Virus record (IMG/VR): IMGVR_UViG_3300042549_004948
Coordinates: 32,001-96,000 of that record
Reading direction: 5' to 3' (one strand)
DNA length: 64,000 nucleotides
From: a virus
The position numbers were made by a program, and so were the translations under genes. Below are positions 31,101 to 38,595 of the stretch, in pieces (the first letter of the stretch is position 1; each line of letters opens with the position of its first letter). The notes below the pieces were generated by a model. The model saw only the letters and a program-made list of their open reading frames with translations, did no database searches and was not told the DNA's origin.

Positions 31101-31172
31101 GTATTATTGGCCAGCCCAATAGATCATGATAGAATAGCTCACTATAAGCCTGAAGAAAGAAGGGAAAACTAA
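28152..31172 (+). CDS. multidomain TylF-type O-methyltransferase / class I methyltransferase / HtrL(YibB) / GT2-like fusion
   Basis: GDVVELGC..DSFEGLP..LDGDFYNS..HDY; YGTDK..LLEIGIG..DIIIDDGLH; TIVSGLWDIG..IWLDAG..GGLFGG..GTEE; LIDNS..FLEDD. Confidence 0.8.
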   Translation: MKKKLFKKVRGFENIKLEPTIINDDQLDYLVLYLLDCIDNNIDGDVVELGCFVGESSKYLRKSIEQSESSKKLYVYDSFEGLPELTKYEEGTGWREGTLNTTEDILTKNFVQNGLELPIITKSWFKDIPNERLPEKISFAFLDGDFYNSIYDSLTKIYDRVENGGYICFHDYDRNDLPGVKAAIVDFFSERSINYEILKVCDQLAIIKKNEKIVSLSIEKYDRANIESEESLDYYIKKYGTDKSISGYTPMYECIFDDLRSERLALLEIGIGSLDNHVIGNFIQTKSIYYDHYVQGGSLRVWRDYFPKAEIHGIDIADDCKFSEDRISTFICDSRDKSECDSYLKENTYDIIIDDGLHKASAQLQTLKNFFDRVKKNGYYIIEDLGGGGDGTNLYADRKQDVIDIIKDHEWFFKNNFLAIKKTNSKRGELSSLTEFKKENNRPKSDLTIVSGLWDIGKQNRSFDHYLMCFEKFLEIDQNLFLFIPKELEDLVWTKRSKHNTRIKIVELEDVKNLYGPFWDRTQEIRKSEDWINQANWLANSPQGSLEWYNPIVMSKLAILHDASIYNPFRTENFIWLDAGISNTINYNLLIESDFFDKLPSYLDPFLFIQYPYPYYNKGIGEVHGFNWEKLNEYAGGVVEWISRGGLFGGKKEVISDVNSYYWHLLDNSLNENLMGTEESLFSILAKKYPEIFRTSKININGHIQEFVEAVINNTAVLDPIPEDRIKSKHKFVNVDNLKVSLYMLTFNFPHQVEHTIQKWLKHEKWITNTRNILIDNSTNDEARIANAEICKKYNFEHIITNENTGINGGRFRAAQHFQESDSDYYIFLEDDMGINSPSDTTFCRNGFRRHIPNLYDRVLKIIHDTDIDFLKLSYTEVYMDNNIQVSWYNVPQNIRSEFWPDYDKLPVQGLDPNCPRTKFNEIEVLDGLSYATGEIYYCNWPTICGKKGNQKMFLDVTWQSPFEQTWMSYMYQETKKGNLKPAVLLASPIDHDRIAHYKPEERREN

Positions 31173-31179
31173 TATTTAT
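31172..31179 (+). promoter_or_regulatory. putative late promoter ATATTTAT
   Basis: 7 nt upstream of ATG 31187. Confidence 0.65.
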
Positions 31180-31186
31180 TCTTGAT

Positions 31187-31492
31187 ATGCCAATAATTAC
31201 ACCAAGACCATACACAGTTTCTTTTGTAGCAGAAAGTACTATATACCAAAATGAGGTTAGATGCTTAGTTAATGAGAATGACTTTAACTATACTCAGAAC
31301 CCATCTGCCGTACAATTAGGAACCTCAGGATCATATATAAATGCCGTAACCGGATCTGATTTTCATCCGTACTCTTCAATGGTAGGATTATATAATGACA
31401 AGGATGAACTTCTAGTCGTAGGTAAATTAGCTAGGCCATATCCAGTACCACAGAACACAGACGTTACCTTTATTATAAGATGGGATTCATAG
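31187..31492 (+). CDS. C-terminal part of split structural protein
   Basis: DFNYTQNPS..VGLYNDKDELLVVGKLARP..FIIRWD matches C-terminus of 14656 protein. Confidence 0.75.
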   Translation: MPIITPRPYTVSFVAESTIYQNEVRCLVNENDFNYTQNPSAVQLGTSGSYINAVTGSDFHPYSSMVGLYNDKDELLVVGKLARPYPVPQNTDVTFIIRWDS

Positions 31493-31512
31493 TATTCTCA
31501 TATTTATAATAA

Positions 31513-31974
31513 ATGGGTTTTATGAAAAAGTGGTTATATAAAGAATTAGACTCTACTAAGGAGTTTTACACCCTAGAAGATTTTCCTCAAGACACTATTG
31601 GATTCGTATATAAAGTTACTAATATATGTGACGGCCGCATATACGTGGGAAAGAAGGTTCTTTTCAATAATCTAACAAAGACATTAACCAAGAAAGAGAT
31701 CGCGGCATGGTCATCGCCTGGGCGCGTCCCACGCAAGAAGAAGGTGATAAAGGAGTCTGACTGGGAGTCTTATTGGGGAAGCAACAAGCACATAAAAGAG
31801 GATTTAAAGAATCTGGGTGAAAAGTGCTTCACTAGAGAGATCCTGACATTCTGTAAGACTAAGAAACAACTAACCTACTATGAAGTTTATTGGCAAATGA
31901 AATTAGAAGTGCTTGCCATAAACTCTTACAATGATAATATTCAAGGTAGGTTTTATAGAAAGGATCTAGAATAA
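31513..31974 (+). CDS. GIY-YIG-like protein
   Basis: GFVYKVTN..GRIYVGKK, YWGS, FTREIL and YNDNI motifs; late motif at 31500-31507. Confidence 0.65.
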   Translation: MGFMKKWLYKELDSTKEFYTLEDFPQDTIGFVYKVTNICDGRIYVGKKVLFNNLTKTLTKKEIAAWSSPGRVPRKKKVIKESDWESYWGSNKHIKEDLKNLGEKCFTREILTFCKTKKQLTYYEVYWQMKLEVLAINSYNDNIQGRFYRKDLE

Positions 31975-31998
31975 AAAACCCGACCTTACGGGGCCGGG
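31973..31998 (-). terminator. intrinsic terminator at convergent junction
   Basis: minus strand CCCGGCC-CCGTAA-GGTCGGG followed by T6. Confidence 0.75.
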
Positions 31999-32026
31999 AA
32001 TTTTCTAGCATGGGATTTTATGTGTA

Positions 32027-32332
32027 TTAGTTTGTAGGTAGAACTCCAAGTTTAGAGCTTGCATCAGCTACAGCTCCTTCAAGAGCGTCTAATTTAAGAA
32101 CAATTATATTTAGGGCACGCATCCAATCTTTATCATTGTTTTGGCTTGCAATTGCATAAGCGCTGGCAAGTTCATTACGAAAGTCTTCTAAATGATCTTC
32201 AGCAGCTCTCCAAATGTCTATTTCTTCAGATACTTGCCCCATCTCAACTCCTGATGAACTCACCGTAACTTCTTCCTCAATTTCTTGTAAAAGTGGATTG
32301 TTTGTTTTATATTTCTCAAAATTAAATGCCAT
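32027..32332 (-). CDS. acidic hypothetical protein (putative internal head protein)
   Basis: MAFNFEKY...LLQE leader. Confidence 0.65.
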   Translation of the reverse strand: MAFNFEKYKTNNPLLQEIEEEVTVSSSGVEMGQVSEEIDIWRAAEDHLEDFRNELASAYAIASQNNDKDWMRALNIIVLKLDALEGAVADASSKLGVLPTN

Positions 32333-32345
32333 AGTTTGTTTTTTA

Positions 32346-33377
32346 TTACGCTCCTACATCTTCTGTATCTAAATCTGCTAAGTTGATGTCATCTTCTTGC
32401 ATACTAAAATCAGTAGCAAAGAAGTCAACTATGTCTTGTGGATCAAATCCGTCATCAATTAGATATTTAATTGTATCTCTAGTTAGAGAGTTGGTAGCAA
32501 GCATTTTTAATACAGACATATCTGAGAATCCTTTTAGTCTAGCTAAATCAACTGCTTTTTTAATTTTAGGCAATTGAGGTATAAGTATAGTGTCTATAAG
32601 TCCCATCATACGATTCTGATCCTCACTCTCAAATCCTGAGGCAGCATCTCTTTGTGCCTGGATAAAAGAATCATCTTCCATACCCTCGTTCATTCCTAGT
32701 GTATCTTTTACAACTCTAAGAATATTTTGAGGTGTTTCTCCTTGGCTCAAAAGATTTTCAATCGCTCCAAGAAGTCGATCATATTCGTTCATATCTATAT
32801 CTTCTGCTTCTTCAACATTTGCTTCATCATCAGTAGGGGCTAAAACTCCCCAATTAGATTCTAAATCTTCTATTCTATTAAGATACGGCTTCATAGCTGC
32901 AGCATATTCATTAAAATCTGCAAATATACCTTGGTTTAAAGCCATCATATCTTCATTCTCTCCATTAACATCAATTTGAATAGGAGTAGTATCATCACCA
33001 TCATAATTAGGAGTGGCATATATAGCTATCTTATCGAAAGGCATGTCTTTGTAAGACCAAACTAAAACACCGGGATAATCATAATAACATTTCCAATTTC
33101 CAACTGTATAGGCTTCTGTACCATCTACATCTTTCATCCATGAATTTTCCATATCACCATCCATTTCATTCATACTAACATCCATGTGACGATTAAGTTT
33201 ACCACCAAGACCGTCAATAGGATCTTCAGGACCTTCATAAGGTTCTTTCATAGCTTTTTGTTGACCTAGATTAGTCTCCTCTTCTTTAAGAGGATGGAGA
33301 TCTACGTATTTACCTAAGATACCATGAGATCCTAGGCTATGTTCTTTCAAATACTTTGCAATGTTAAAATCTTTCAT
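32346..33377 (-). CDS. acidic late protein (putative internal head polyprotein)
   Basis: MKDFNIAKYLKE leader, repeated LKE/MNE/VEE/MQE motifs, late motif at 33399-33406. Confidence 0.65.
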   Translation of the reverse strand: MKDFNIAKYLKEHSLGSHGILGKYVDLHPLKEEETNLGQQKAMKEPYEGPEDPIDGLGGKLNRHMDVSMNEMDGDMENSWMKDVDGTEAYTVGNWKCYYDYPGVLVWSYKDMPFDKIAIYATPNYDGDDTTPIQIDVNGENEDMMALNQGIFADFNEYAAAMKPYLNRIEDLESNWGVLAPTDDEANVEEAEDIDMNEYDRLLGAIENLLSQGETPQNILRVVKDTLGMNEGMEDDSFIQAQRDAASGFESEDQNRMMGLIDTILIPQLPKIKKAVDLARLKGFSDMSVLKMLATNSLTRDTIKYLIDDGFDPQDIVDFFATDFSMQEDDINLADLDTEDVGA

Positions 33378-33410
33378 TTATTTTAAATTTATCTAGTAAT
33401 AAATATCTAC

Positions 33411-33695
33411 TTATTTAATAAATAAGGATTTAAGGCTAGCCCACAAAACCACGAGAGGGGCGACGACGAAAGCCGAAACCACGCTAGACACAGCAAAGAT
33501 TATAAAGCCTACGATCATATAAACTATACTATACATAGTCATCTTTATACCTAGGTCTAGATTAATAGGCATTACAACAATACCTAGAACTGCGATAGCT
33601 ACAAGTATTCCAAATAGAGCAGTTAATACCTTACTAAACTTGACTACTAAAAAACTAACTATGATACAGGAAATTGAAAACATGATCCATGCCAT
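33411..33695 (-). CDS. small membrane protein
   Basis: almost entirely hydrophobic, about 3 TM segments. Confidence 0.7.
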   Translation of the reverse strand: MAWIMFSISCIIVSFLVVKFSKVLTALFGILVAIAVLGIVVMPINLDLGIKMTMYSIVYMIVGFIIFAVSSVVSAFVVAPLVVLWASLKSLFIK

Positions 33696-33748
33696 AAAAA
33701 TCGTTTTTTCGTGAAGGGGCCTAAAAATATTGTATTTACAAATTTATA

Positions 33749-34012
33749 TTAAAGATAGTTTTTTACCTTAGTATTCATAAACTCAGGAGTAAATTCACCA
33801 TCCGCAAACACGACTTCGTCAGAAGCAGTAATAACCCTAGATACACTAAGTCCTTCTAGGGCGGCAGTAGCGATAATAGTTTTTACATAGTGAAACGGAG
33901 ACTTGATATTATGCGCATTTTGAAGCGCCCCATTACTAAGCTTAATGAATAAATGATAACCTCCAGGAATCTTACTTAGTGGATTTAATTCGTACGTGTT
34001 TTTTGTTTTCAT
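33749..34012 (-). CDS. hypothetical protein
   Basis: ORF with AAGTTATG start context. Confidence 0.7.
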   Translation of the reverse strand: MKTKNTYELNPLSKIPGGYHLFIKLSNGALQNAHNIKSPFHYVKTIIATAALEGLSVSRVITASDEVVFADGEFTPEFMNTKVKNYL

Positions 34013-34023
34013 AACTTGTTTTT

Positions 34024-34524
34024 TTATTGATTAAAATCTTTAGGTACTACGGTTAATTTTTCTCCTAGCTCTTTAATAACGTCAATCGCATCTTTCGAGG
34101 AGATCTCGAATCCTTCACGCCTATCGTTTACTCTATAGCCACGGCTCGCCAGGTACTCGTGGACCGCTTTCTCTAACACATGGCTATTGATACATTGGTA
34201 TTTAAAAACCTCGAACCACGGCGTTATTACACCAGTTGCAGAATTGATCTCCTTGATCCTTTGATGAACCGAAGTGGTAGTCATTCCTATTTTACATATA
34301 CCTGGCATAGACTTATTCACTAAAACGTATACCCACTCTGGTTTTCTTACACTCATAGTAGGATCTAGGATACCTTCACCATAGTAGGTGACATCTTCCC
34401 AGCCCTCAAACCCTGTATCGGTAGACGGAGTCAAGGTGAAGGCAACAGCCTTTCTGGATAGATTATCTACTCCGTGTTCTAACTTAATGTAAAAGGGAGT
34501 TTCGTTTTCAGTTATCTTTTTCAT
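34024..34524 (-). CDS. T5orf172-domain (GIY-YIG-like) protein
   Basis: WVYVLVNKSMPGICKIGMTT..RIKEIN.ATGV.TP..LEKAVH..REGF. Confidence 0.85.
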   Translation of the reverse strand: MKKITENETPFYIKLEHGVDNLSRKAVAFTLTPSTDTGFEGWEDVTYYGEGILDPTMSVRKPEWVYVLVNKSMPGICKIGMTTTSVHQRIKEINSATGVITPWFEVFKYQCINSHVLEKAVHEYLASRGYRVNDRREGFEISSKDAIDVIKELGEKLTVVPKDFNQ

Positions 34525-34635
34525 ATTTACGTAAATTTGTTTTGCGTATATGATGTAGGATTATTTTTCCTATACAAAAACCAATTAGGTAGTGGATTAT
34601 AAAGTTTAATATCATAATTTATGTATTTACTTTTT

Positions 34636-34893
34636 TTAGAAAATCCTACTTTCCCCGGACTTTTGGAGAGTGTTTTCCACTTCTTGCTTGAATTTCCCTG
34701 TATCGGAATCGATCAACAAATCATACCAACTATAGTATATACAAGAGGACATGTCTGATTTGAGATTCTTCATCAATTCAACAGACTCTATAAATTCCAT
34801 TATATAGCCGGCATCATTAATTTCTTTAATTTGATCAAGAGCTTCTTTAAATTGCTGTTTGTCTAACTGTTTAGATAAGCTTAGTATATCCAT
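34636..34893 (-). CDS. hypothetical protein
   Basis: ORF in gene array. Confidence 0.6.
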   Translation of the reverse strand: MDILSLSKQLDKQQFKEALDQIKEINDAGYIMEFIESVELMKNLKSDMSSCIYYSWYDLLIDSDTGKFKQEVENTLQKSGESRIF

Positions 34894-34904
34894 AGTATTT
34901 GTTT

Positions 34905-35081
34905 TTAATAAGAATCGTAGGGATTTTCATCAACGATGTTTCTTCTCCACCATTTTTTAAGCCTGGTGTTTTTACATTTAGGAATGATTAGAAATTCTAT
35001 TACTATTCCAAATGTTATCAATACTCCACCTGAAAGGCACATCCAAAAGATAATGTCTATAAAAATTTTTATGGCTGTCAT
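34905..35081 (-). CDS. small membrane protein (start revised to MTAIKIF)
   Basis: revised start removes overlap with neighbour; TM segment then basic KKWWRR. Confidence 0.6.
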   Translation of the reverse strand: MTAIKIFIDIIFWMCLSGGVLITFGIVIEFLIIPKCKNTRLKKWWRRNIVDENPYDSY

Positions 35082-35082
35082 A

Positions 35083-35355
35083 TTATTTACTTTTATTGTT
35101 TTTGTAATATCTTGCACTCCATAATCCACTTGGGTTTTTAAATACTCCACAACTACCTCTACCATTTACCATATATCCACTCCACCTAAGATTGAAGTTA
35201 GTAGCATAGAAGCCACGATCTGCTGAATTATAATTGTATTCATAATTTGGACCTTTAACTATTTGTAAGATCTTCTTGATCATGTCGGTATAAGTAAAGT
35301 CATTTCCGTTCTCTAACATATAATCTACAAGCTTTTCTTTTATAGTCTTCTTCAT
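35083..35355 (-). CDS. hypothetical protein (start revised to MKKTIKEKL)
   Basis: A-rich start context; upstream extension lies in GC-rich non-coding-looking DNA. Confidence 0.65.
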   Translation of the reverse strand: MKKTIKEKLVDYMLENGNDFTYTDMIKKILQIVKGPNYEYNYNSADRGFYATNFNLRWSGYMVNGRGSCGVFKNPSGLWSARYYKNNKSK

Positions 35356-35543
35356 TTTATTTATGTATTTACTTTTTATAGGAATTTGGAAATTTTCCCG
35401 GTGTGCACCACCAGTCAACGCGAGGCTCCCTGCTAGGGCCCCCCTATCTACCACAATTAGCCCTTTACCAGGATGCTAGTTGGCTGCTAATGACTAGGAG
35501 CAAGGCACCAGCATGATGCTAGTACCTCGACTCTCTAACCAAT

Positions 35544-36356
35544 TTATTTTACGTAAGAGTCAGCCAATTCCCAAAGGTCTCCGTTTAGATTGAAGTCCTC
35601 TATAGGGTTTTTGATAGCCCTAGCTTGACGGTTGTTCAATTGGAAGCCGCCTTTGATTAGGTTCTCTTGTAAGATGTTATAGGTATTCCACAAGGTCTTT
35701 CCTTCATCAGCAGAACGCTTAGGGCTTAGGATGTCCATGATCTCGTATTGTTCGGGTTGTCTGTCTGTTCCCATTCTTAGGGCCAAGGCTTCTACAGCAA
35801 AACCAAATCTCTCCTTATCATTCATCTCAACCATATTCCACTGGCTGATCTTACCTACAATACTCTGGAGTCCTTCTACCTTACTATCTATAAGGTTCTT
35901 TACTTCTTGGAAGTTCATCTTAGTATGTCTTTCTCTAAAGCTTCCCATGTCTTGGGACTTAACGATCAGGCCATTCTCACACACTAGGCGGAACAGTCCC
36001 ATCTCAAATTGGATAGGTCTAGTGCCATCATGTGAGTTGATCAGTACAACCTCAGGCCTTGCTTCGATCCCACCCTCAGGGTTCTTGATATAGAGGTCCG
36101 GGTGTTGGAAGCGGGTGATGTGGATACCCCAATTCTTACGTAGGTCGACGTTTGACTTTGACTGCTTGACGCCAGTCAATAGATAGCCCATGTCTTGCAT
36201 GTGTTCGATAACCTCAAAGGTCGGGGTGAATTGATACTTGGGACTCTTAATGGTAGGAGCGGGTGAAGTTGCAAAGATAGCCGGAGCCAGAGTCTTTGCA
36301 GAGTCCATTGAAATTGAAGTGATAATGTTGTTCTTAAAATCTGTTGCTTTTGTCAT
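35544..36356 (-). CDS. DUF932/DUF945 family protein
   Basis: LINSHDGT..FEMGLFRLVCENGL and LWNTYNILQENLIKGG motifs. Confidence 0.85.
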   Translation of the reverse strand: MTKATDFKNNIITSISMDSAKTLAPAIFATSPAPTIKSPKYQFTPTFEVIEHMQDMGYLLTGVKQSKSNVDLRKNWGIHITRFQHPDLYIKNPEGGIEARPEVVLINSHDGTRPIQFEMGLFRLVCENGLIVKSQDMGSFRERHTKMNFQEVKNLIDSKVEGLQSIVGKISQWNMVEMNDKERFGFAVEALALRMGTDRQPEQYEIMDILSPKRSADEGKTLWNTYNILQENLIKGGFQLNNRQARAIKNPIEDFNLNGDLWELADSYVK

Positions 36357-36422
36357 AACCTTTATTGTTTTTGTTTGTATAAGTAAATATAAGACTTTTA
36401 ATTGATAGTAGAAAAATTATCT

Positions 36423-36617
36423 TTAGAGTGTCATGAAGCACTTGATAAGATCTATCTGAAGGTTCTTGGCATCATTTAGCTCTTGTTGATATGCTTCCTT
36501 CGCTGTCCGATCTTCTTCTCTACTAAAGATCTCTATCAGCTGTTCTATCCTTTCTATCCTGTTCACAAGTGCGGCTGAGAGGATCGGGTAATTTTTGGCT
36601 GTAATTTCTAGTTTCAT
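36423..36617 (-). CDS. hypothetical protein
   Basis: ORF with AAAAGTTATG start. Confidence 0.65.
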   Translation of the reverse strand: MKLEITAKNYPILSAALVNRIERIEQLIEIFSREEDRTAKEAYQQELNDAKNLQIDLIKCFMTL

Positions 36618-36655
36618 AACTTTTTATTTTTAATTTTAATTTTATTGATTAGTAA

Positions 36656-36889
36656 TTAGTAAGGCGTCCATGTAATAACCTCGCACTCAAGATCTTTGAG
36701 GAGCTGTCCGTATCCTATATGCCTCTTAACAAAAGACTTATCTATCCATACTGTATCGACGGTATAGTTTTCATCTCCAGCATAGCCTGAGAAATAACTG
36801 GCTGTCTGATTGAGATTTCTCTTTTTAAGGGCTCTTAGTAGCTGGCTGAGGTTCATCCTGTCGATAGTCGTGGTAGATACTGTAGTCAT
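36656..36889 (-). CDS. hypothetical early protein
   Basis: first gene downstream of composite promoter A. Confidence 0.65.
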   Translation of the reverse strand: MTTVSTTTIDRMNLSQLLRALKKRNLNQTASYFSGYAGDENYTVDTVWIDKSFVKRHIGYGQLLKDLECEVITWTPY

Positions 36890-36894
36890 TCTGT

Positions 36895-37050
36895 TATTGA
36901 TTTGTTATATAGTAAAATTAAGCCATTCCAGCGACATAAAAAAATCTTTTTAGTCTTTTCCCAAAAGTTTTTATTGGCAACCAATCAGTTATAAGTGGTT
37001 CAGAATCAATCAGTTAGCCAGATCCTAAGTAGTTGATTATCAATCAGTTA
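36895..37050 (-). promoter_or_regulatory. composite early promoter + IHF-consensus array (copy A)
   Basis: homologous to copies at 38.0, 47.6 and 51.3 kb; WATCAANNNNTTR at 37004 and 37038. Confidence 0.65.
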
Positions 37051-37051
37051 T

Positions 37052-37082
37052 AAAAAGAAAGGCCCGGGCAAAAGCCCAGGCC
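37052..37082 (-). terminator. intrinsic terminator
   Basis: minus strand GGCCTGGGC-TTTT-GCCCGGGCC then TTTCTTTTT. Confidence 0.8.
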
Positions 37083-37121
37083 GGAAATAAATAACAAATG
37101 TAACCAATCTGTCAATAGGTC

Positions 37122-37367
37122 TTATGCATCAAGGTTAGAAAGCTTGAACACGTTTGACAACCTACCACGAGTCATATCATAGGCCTCGTTAACGATACGA
37201 CCGTTGAAATACTTACCTGACAGGACGTCAGATACATGTGTAGTAGAAAAACCTGTTGTTTCGGCAACTTTAGTAATGTCACCAAGGCGAAGCTTACGAT
37301 TAACACGGCTTACCTTCTGAATGTAGCTAAGTTTGTTGTAGCTAGTAGGACGATTTGAATTTTGCAT
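37122..37367 (-). CDS. helix-turn-helix DNA-binding protein
   Basis: ITKVAETTGFSTTHVSDVLSG HTH pattern. Confidence 0.7.
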   Translation of the reverse strand: MQNSNRPTSYNKLSYIQKVSRVNRKLRLGDITKVAETTGFSTTHVSDVLSGKYFNGRIVNEAYDMTRGRLSNVFKLSNLDA

Positions 37368-37462
37368 AACTGCTTGTTTTTGTTTTATAATTGTTTATAT
37401 ATTAAATATAAGACTTATTTTTGATACTGATATGGTAGATCTTTCTAGTTAACCACTTTTTT

Positions 37463-37669
37463 TTAAAAGCTATTGTCACTAAAGAGATCGTCCTCACTCC
37501 AATCATCTATGATCGGCTGGTTCATTTCCGAATTAATCATATCCAATAACTGGACAGCATAGTCTTTATCTACCCAACCTGAGTCATCTACGCTTACAAT
37601 GTCACCGATGTAATAGAGACCGGCTTGTTTTTTTAGATCTTTCAATTTAACTGTGTATATCATAACCAT
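37463..37669 (-). CDS. hypothetical protein
   Basis: ORF with TAAATTTAC promoter element upstream. Confidence 0.6.
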   Translation of the reverse strand: MVMIYTVKLKDLKKQAGLYYIGDIVSVDDSGWVDKDYAVQLLDMINSEMNQPIIDDWSEDDLFSDNSF

Positions 37670-37701
37670 TTATATATTTATGTAAATTTAACTTTTGTTT
37701 A

Positions 37702-37772
37702 AAACGACCGTGGGTTTATACCATATATCTATTTCTAGTAAATATATATTTTGGTAGAAACGACCGTGGGTT
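37702..37772. repeat. 15-bp direct repeat AAACGACCGTGGGTT (two copies)
   Basis: exact copies at 37702-37716 and 37758-37772. Confidence 0.85.
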
Positions 37773-37785
37773 CTGATTATAGTGT

Positions 37786-38022
37786 TTAAAGATAATCCTG
37801 AAGATCATAACTATGCACAGTAGGGTAAGTCTTAACCAATCTCTCACCATAGGCTTCTACTGTTTTCATATAAGATTCTCTACTCTTGACAGGGAAATCT
37901 ATGATCCCACCTTCTGGATGTCTAACCTCTACTCTCACACAGTCATATGATTCTATATATCCGGTTCTTTCTGATTCATAAAGGTCTTCGCAAGTCTGGT
38001 AGGTGAAATTGAATTCTGTCAT
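37786..38022 (-). CDS. hypothetical early protein
   Basis: first gene downstream of composite promoter B. Confidence 0.65.
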   Translation of the reverse strand: MTEFNFTYQTCEDLYESERTGYIESYDCVRVEVRHPEGGIIDFPVKSRESYMKTVEAYGERLVKTYPTVHSYDLQDYL

Positions 38023-38025
38023 ACT

Positions 38026-38172
38026 GATTGATTTGTTATATAGTAAAAGTAAGACAATCCAGTGATATAAAAAAATTTGGAGCTAACTATTTTCAAAAGT
38101 TTTTAGTGGTAATCAATCACTTATGTATATTCTTATTTATAATTCCTAACTTATTGGGAATCAAGTACTTAG
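38026..38172 (-). promoter_or_regulatory. composite early promoter + IHF-consensus sites (copy B)
   Basis: shared CAATCCAGTGA.ATAAAAAAA core; WATCAANNNNTTR at 38111 and 38159. Confidence 0.65.
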
Positions 38173-38595
38173 GTGCCGCGGGCATGATATGGCACCTGGC
38201 CTATTATTATGTTTCTTTATATACTATTGACACAAACTAACACAAATAAACACATTCTAACACTTTATATTTTATACACCCATAGGTTTTTTCTAGTATA
38301 TCTTTATATTCCTATATCCATATACAGTTTTAGGTGGCCTGTGGGTTGTATGGGCTTGTATGGGTTGGTCTTTCTTTTATTATCCTTATATCTCTATTCT
38401 TATTAATAGATGTAGATGTAGGTGTATCTGTACCATTCCTATTACTGGTATTATTATCTATTTCTTATACTGGATTTATTATATTATGTATTTCTTGGGC
38501 TGCTCGTCCTTTCTTTTTAAATAGGAAAAGGCCAGATCTTTCCAGCCTTTCTTATATTCTCTATTTTACTTTGGGTGATGATTATTTTGCCGGTA

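Noticed and set aside
31513-31974. GIY-YIG-like gene as the mobility factor of the 15-kb insertion
   Set aside because: It lies outside the inserted block, is short with no evident DNA-binding extension, and no target duplication is visible.
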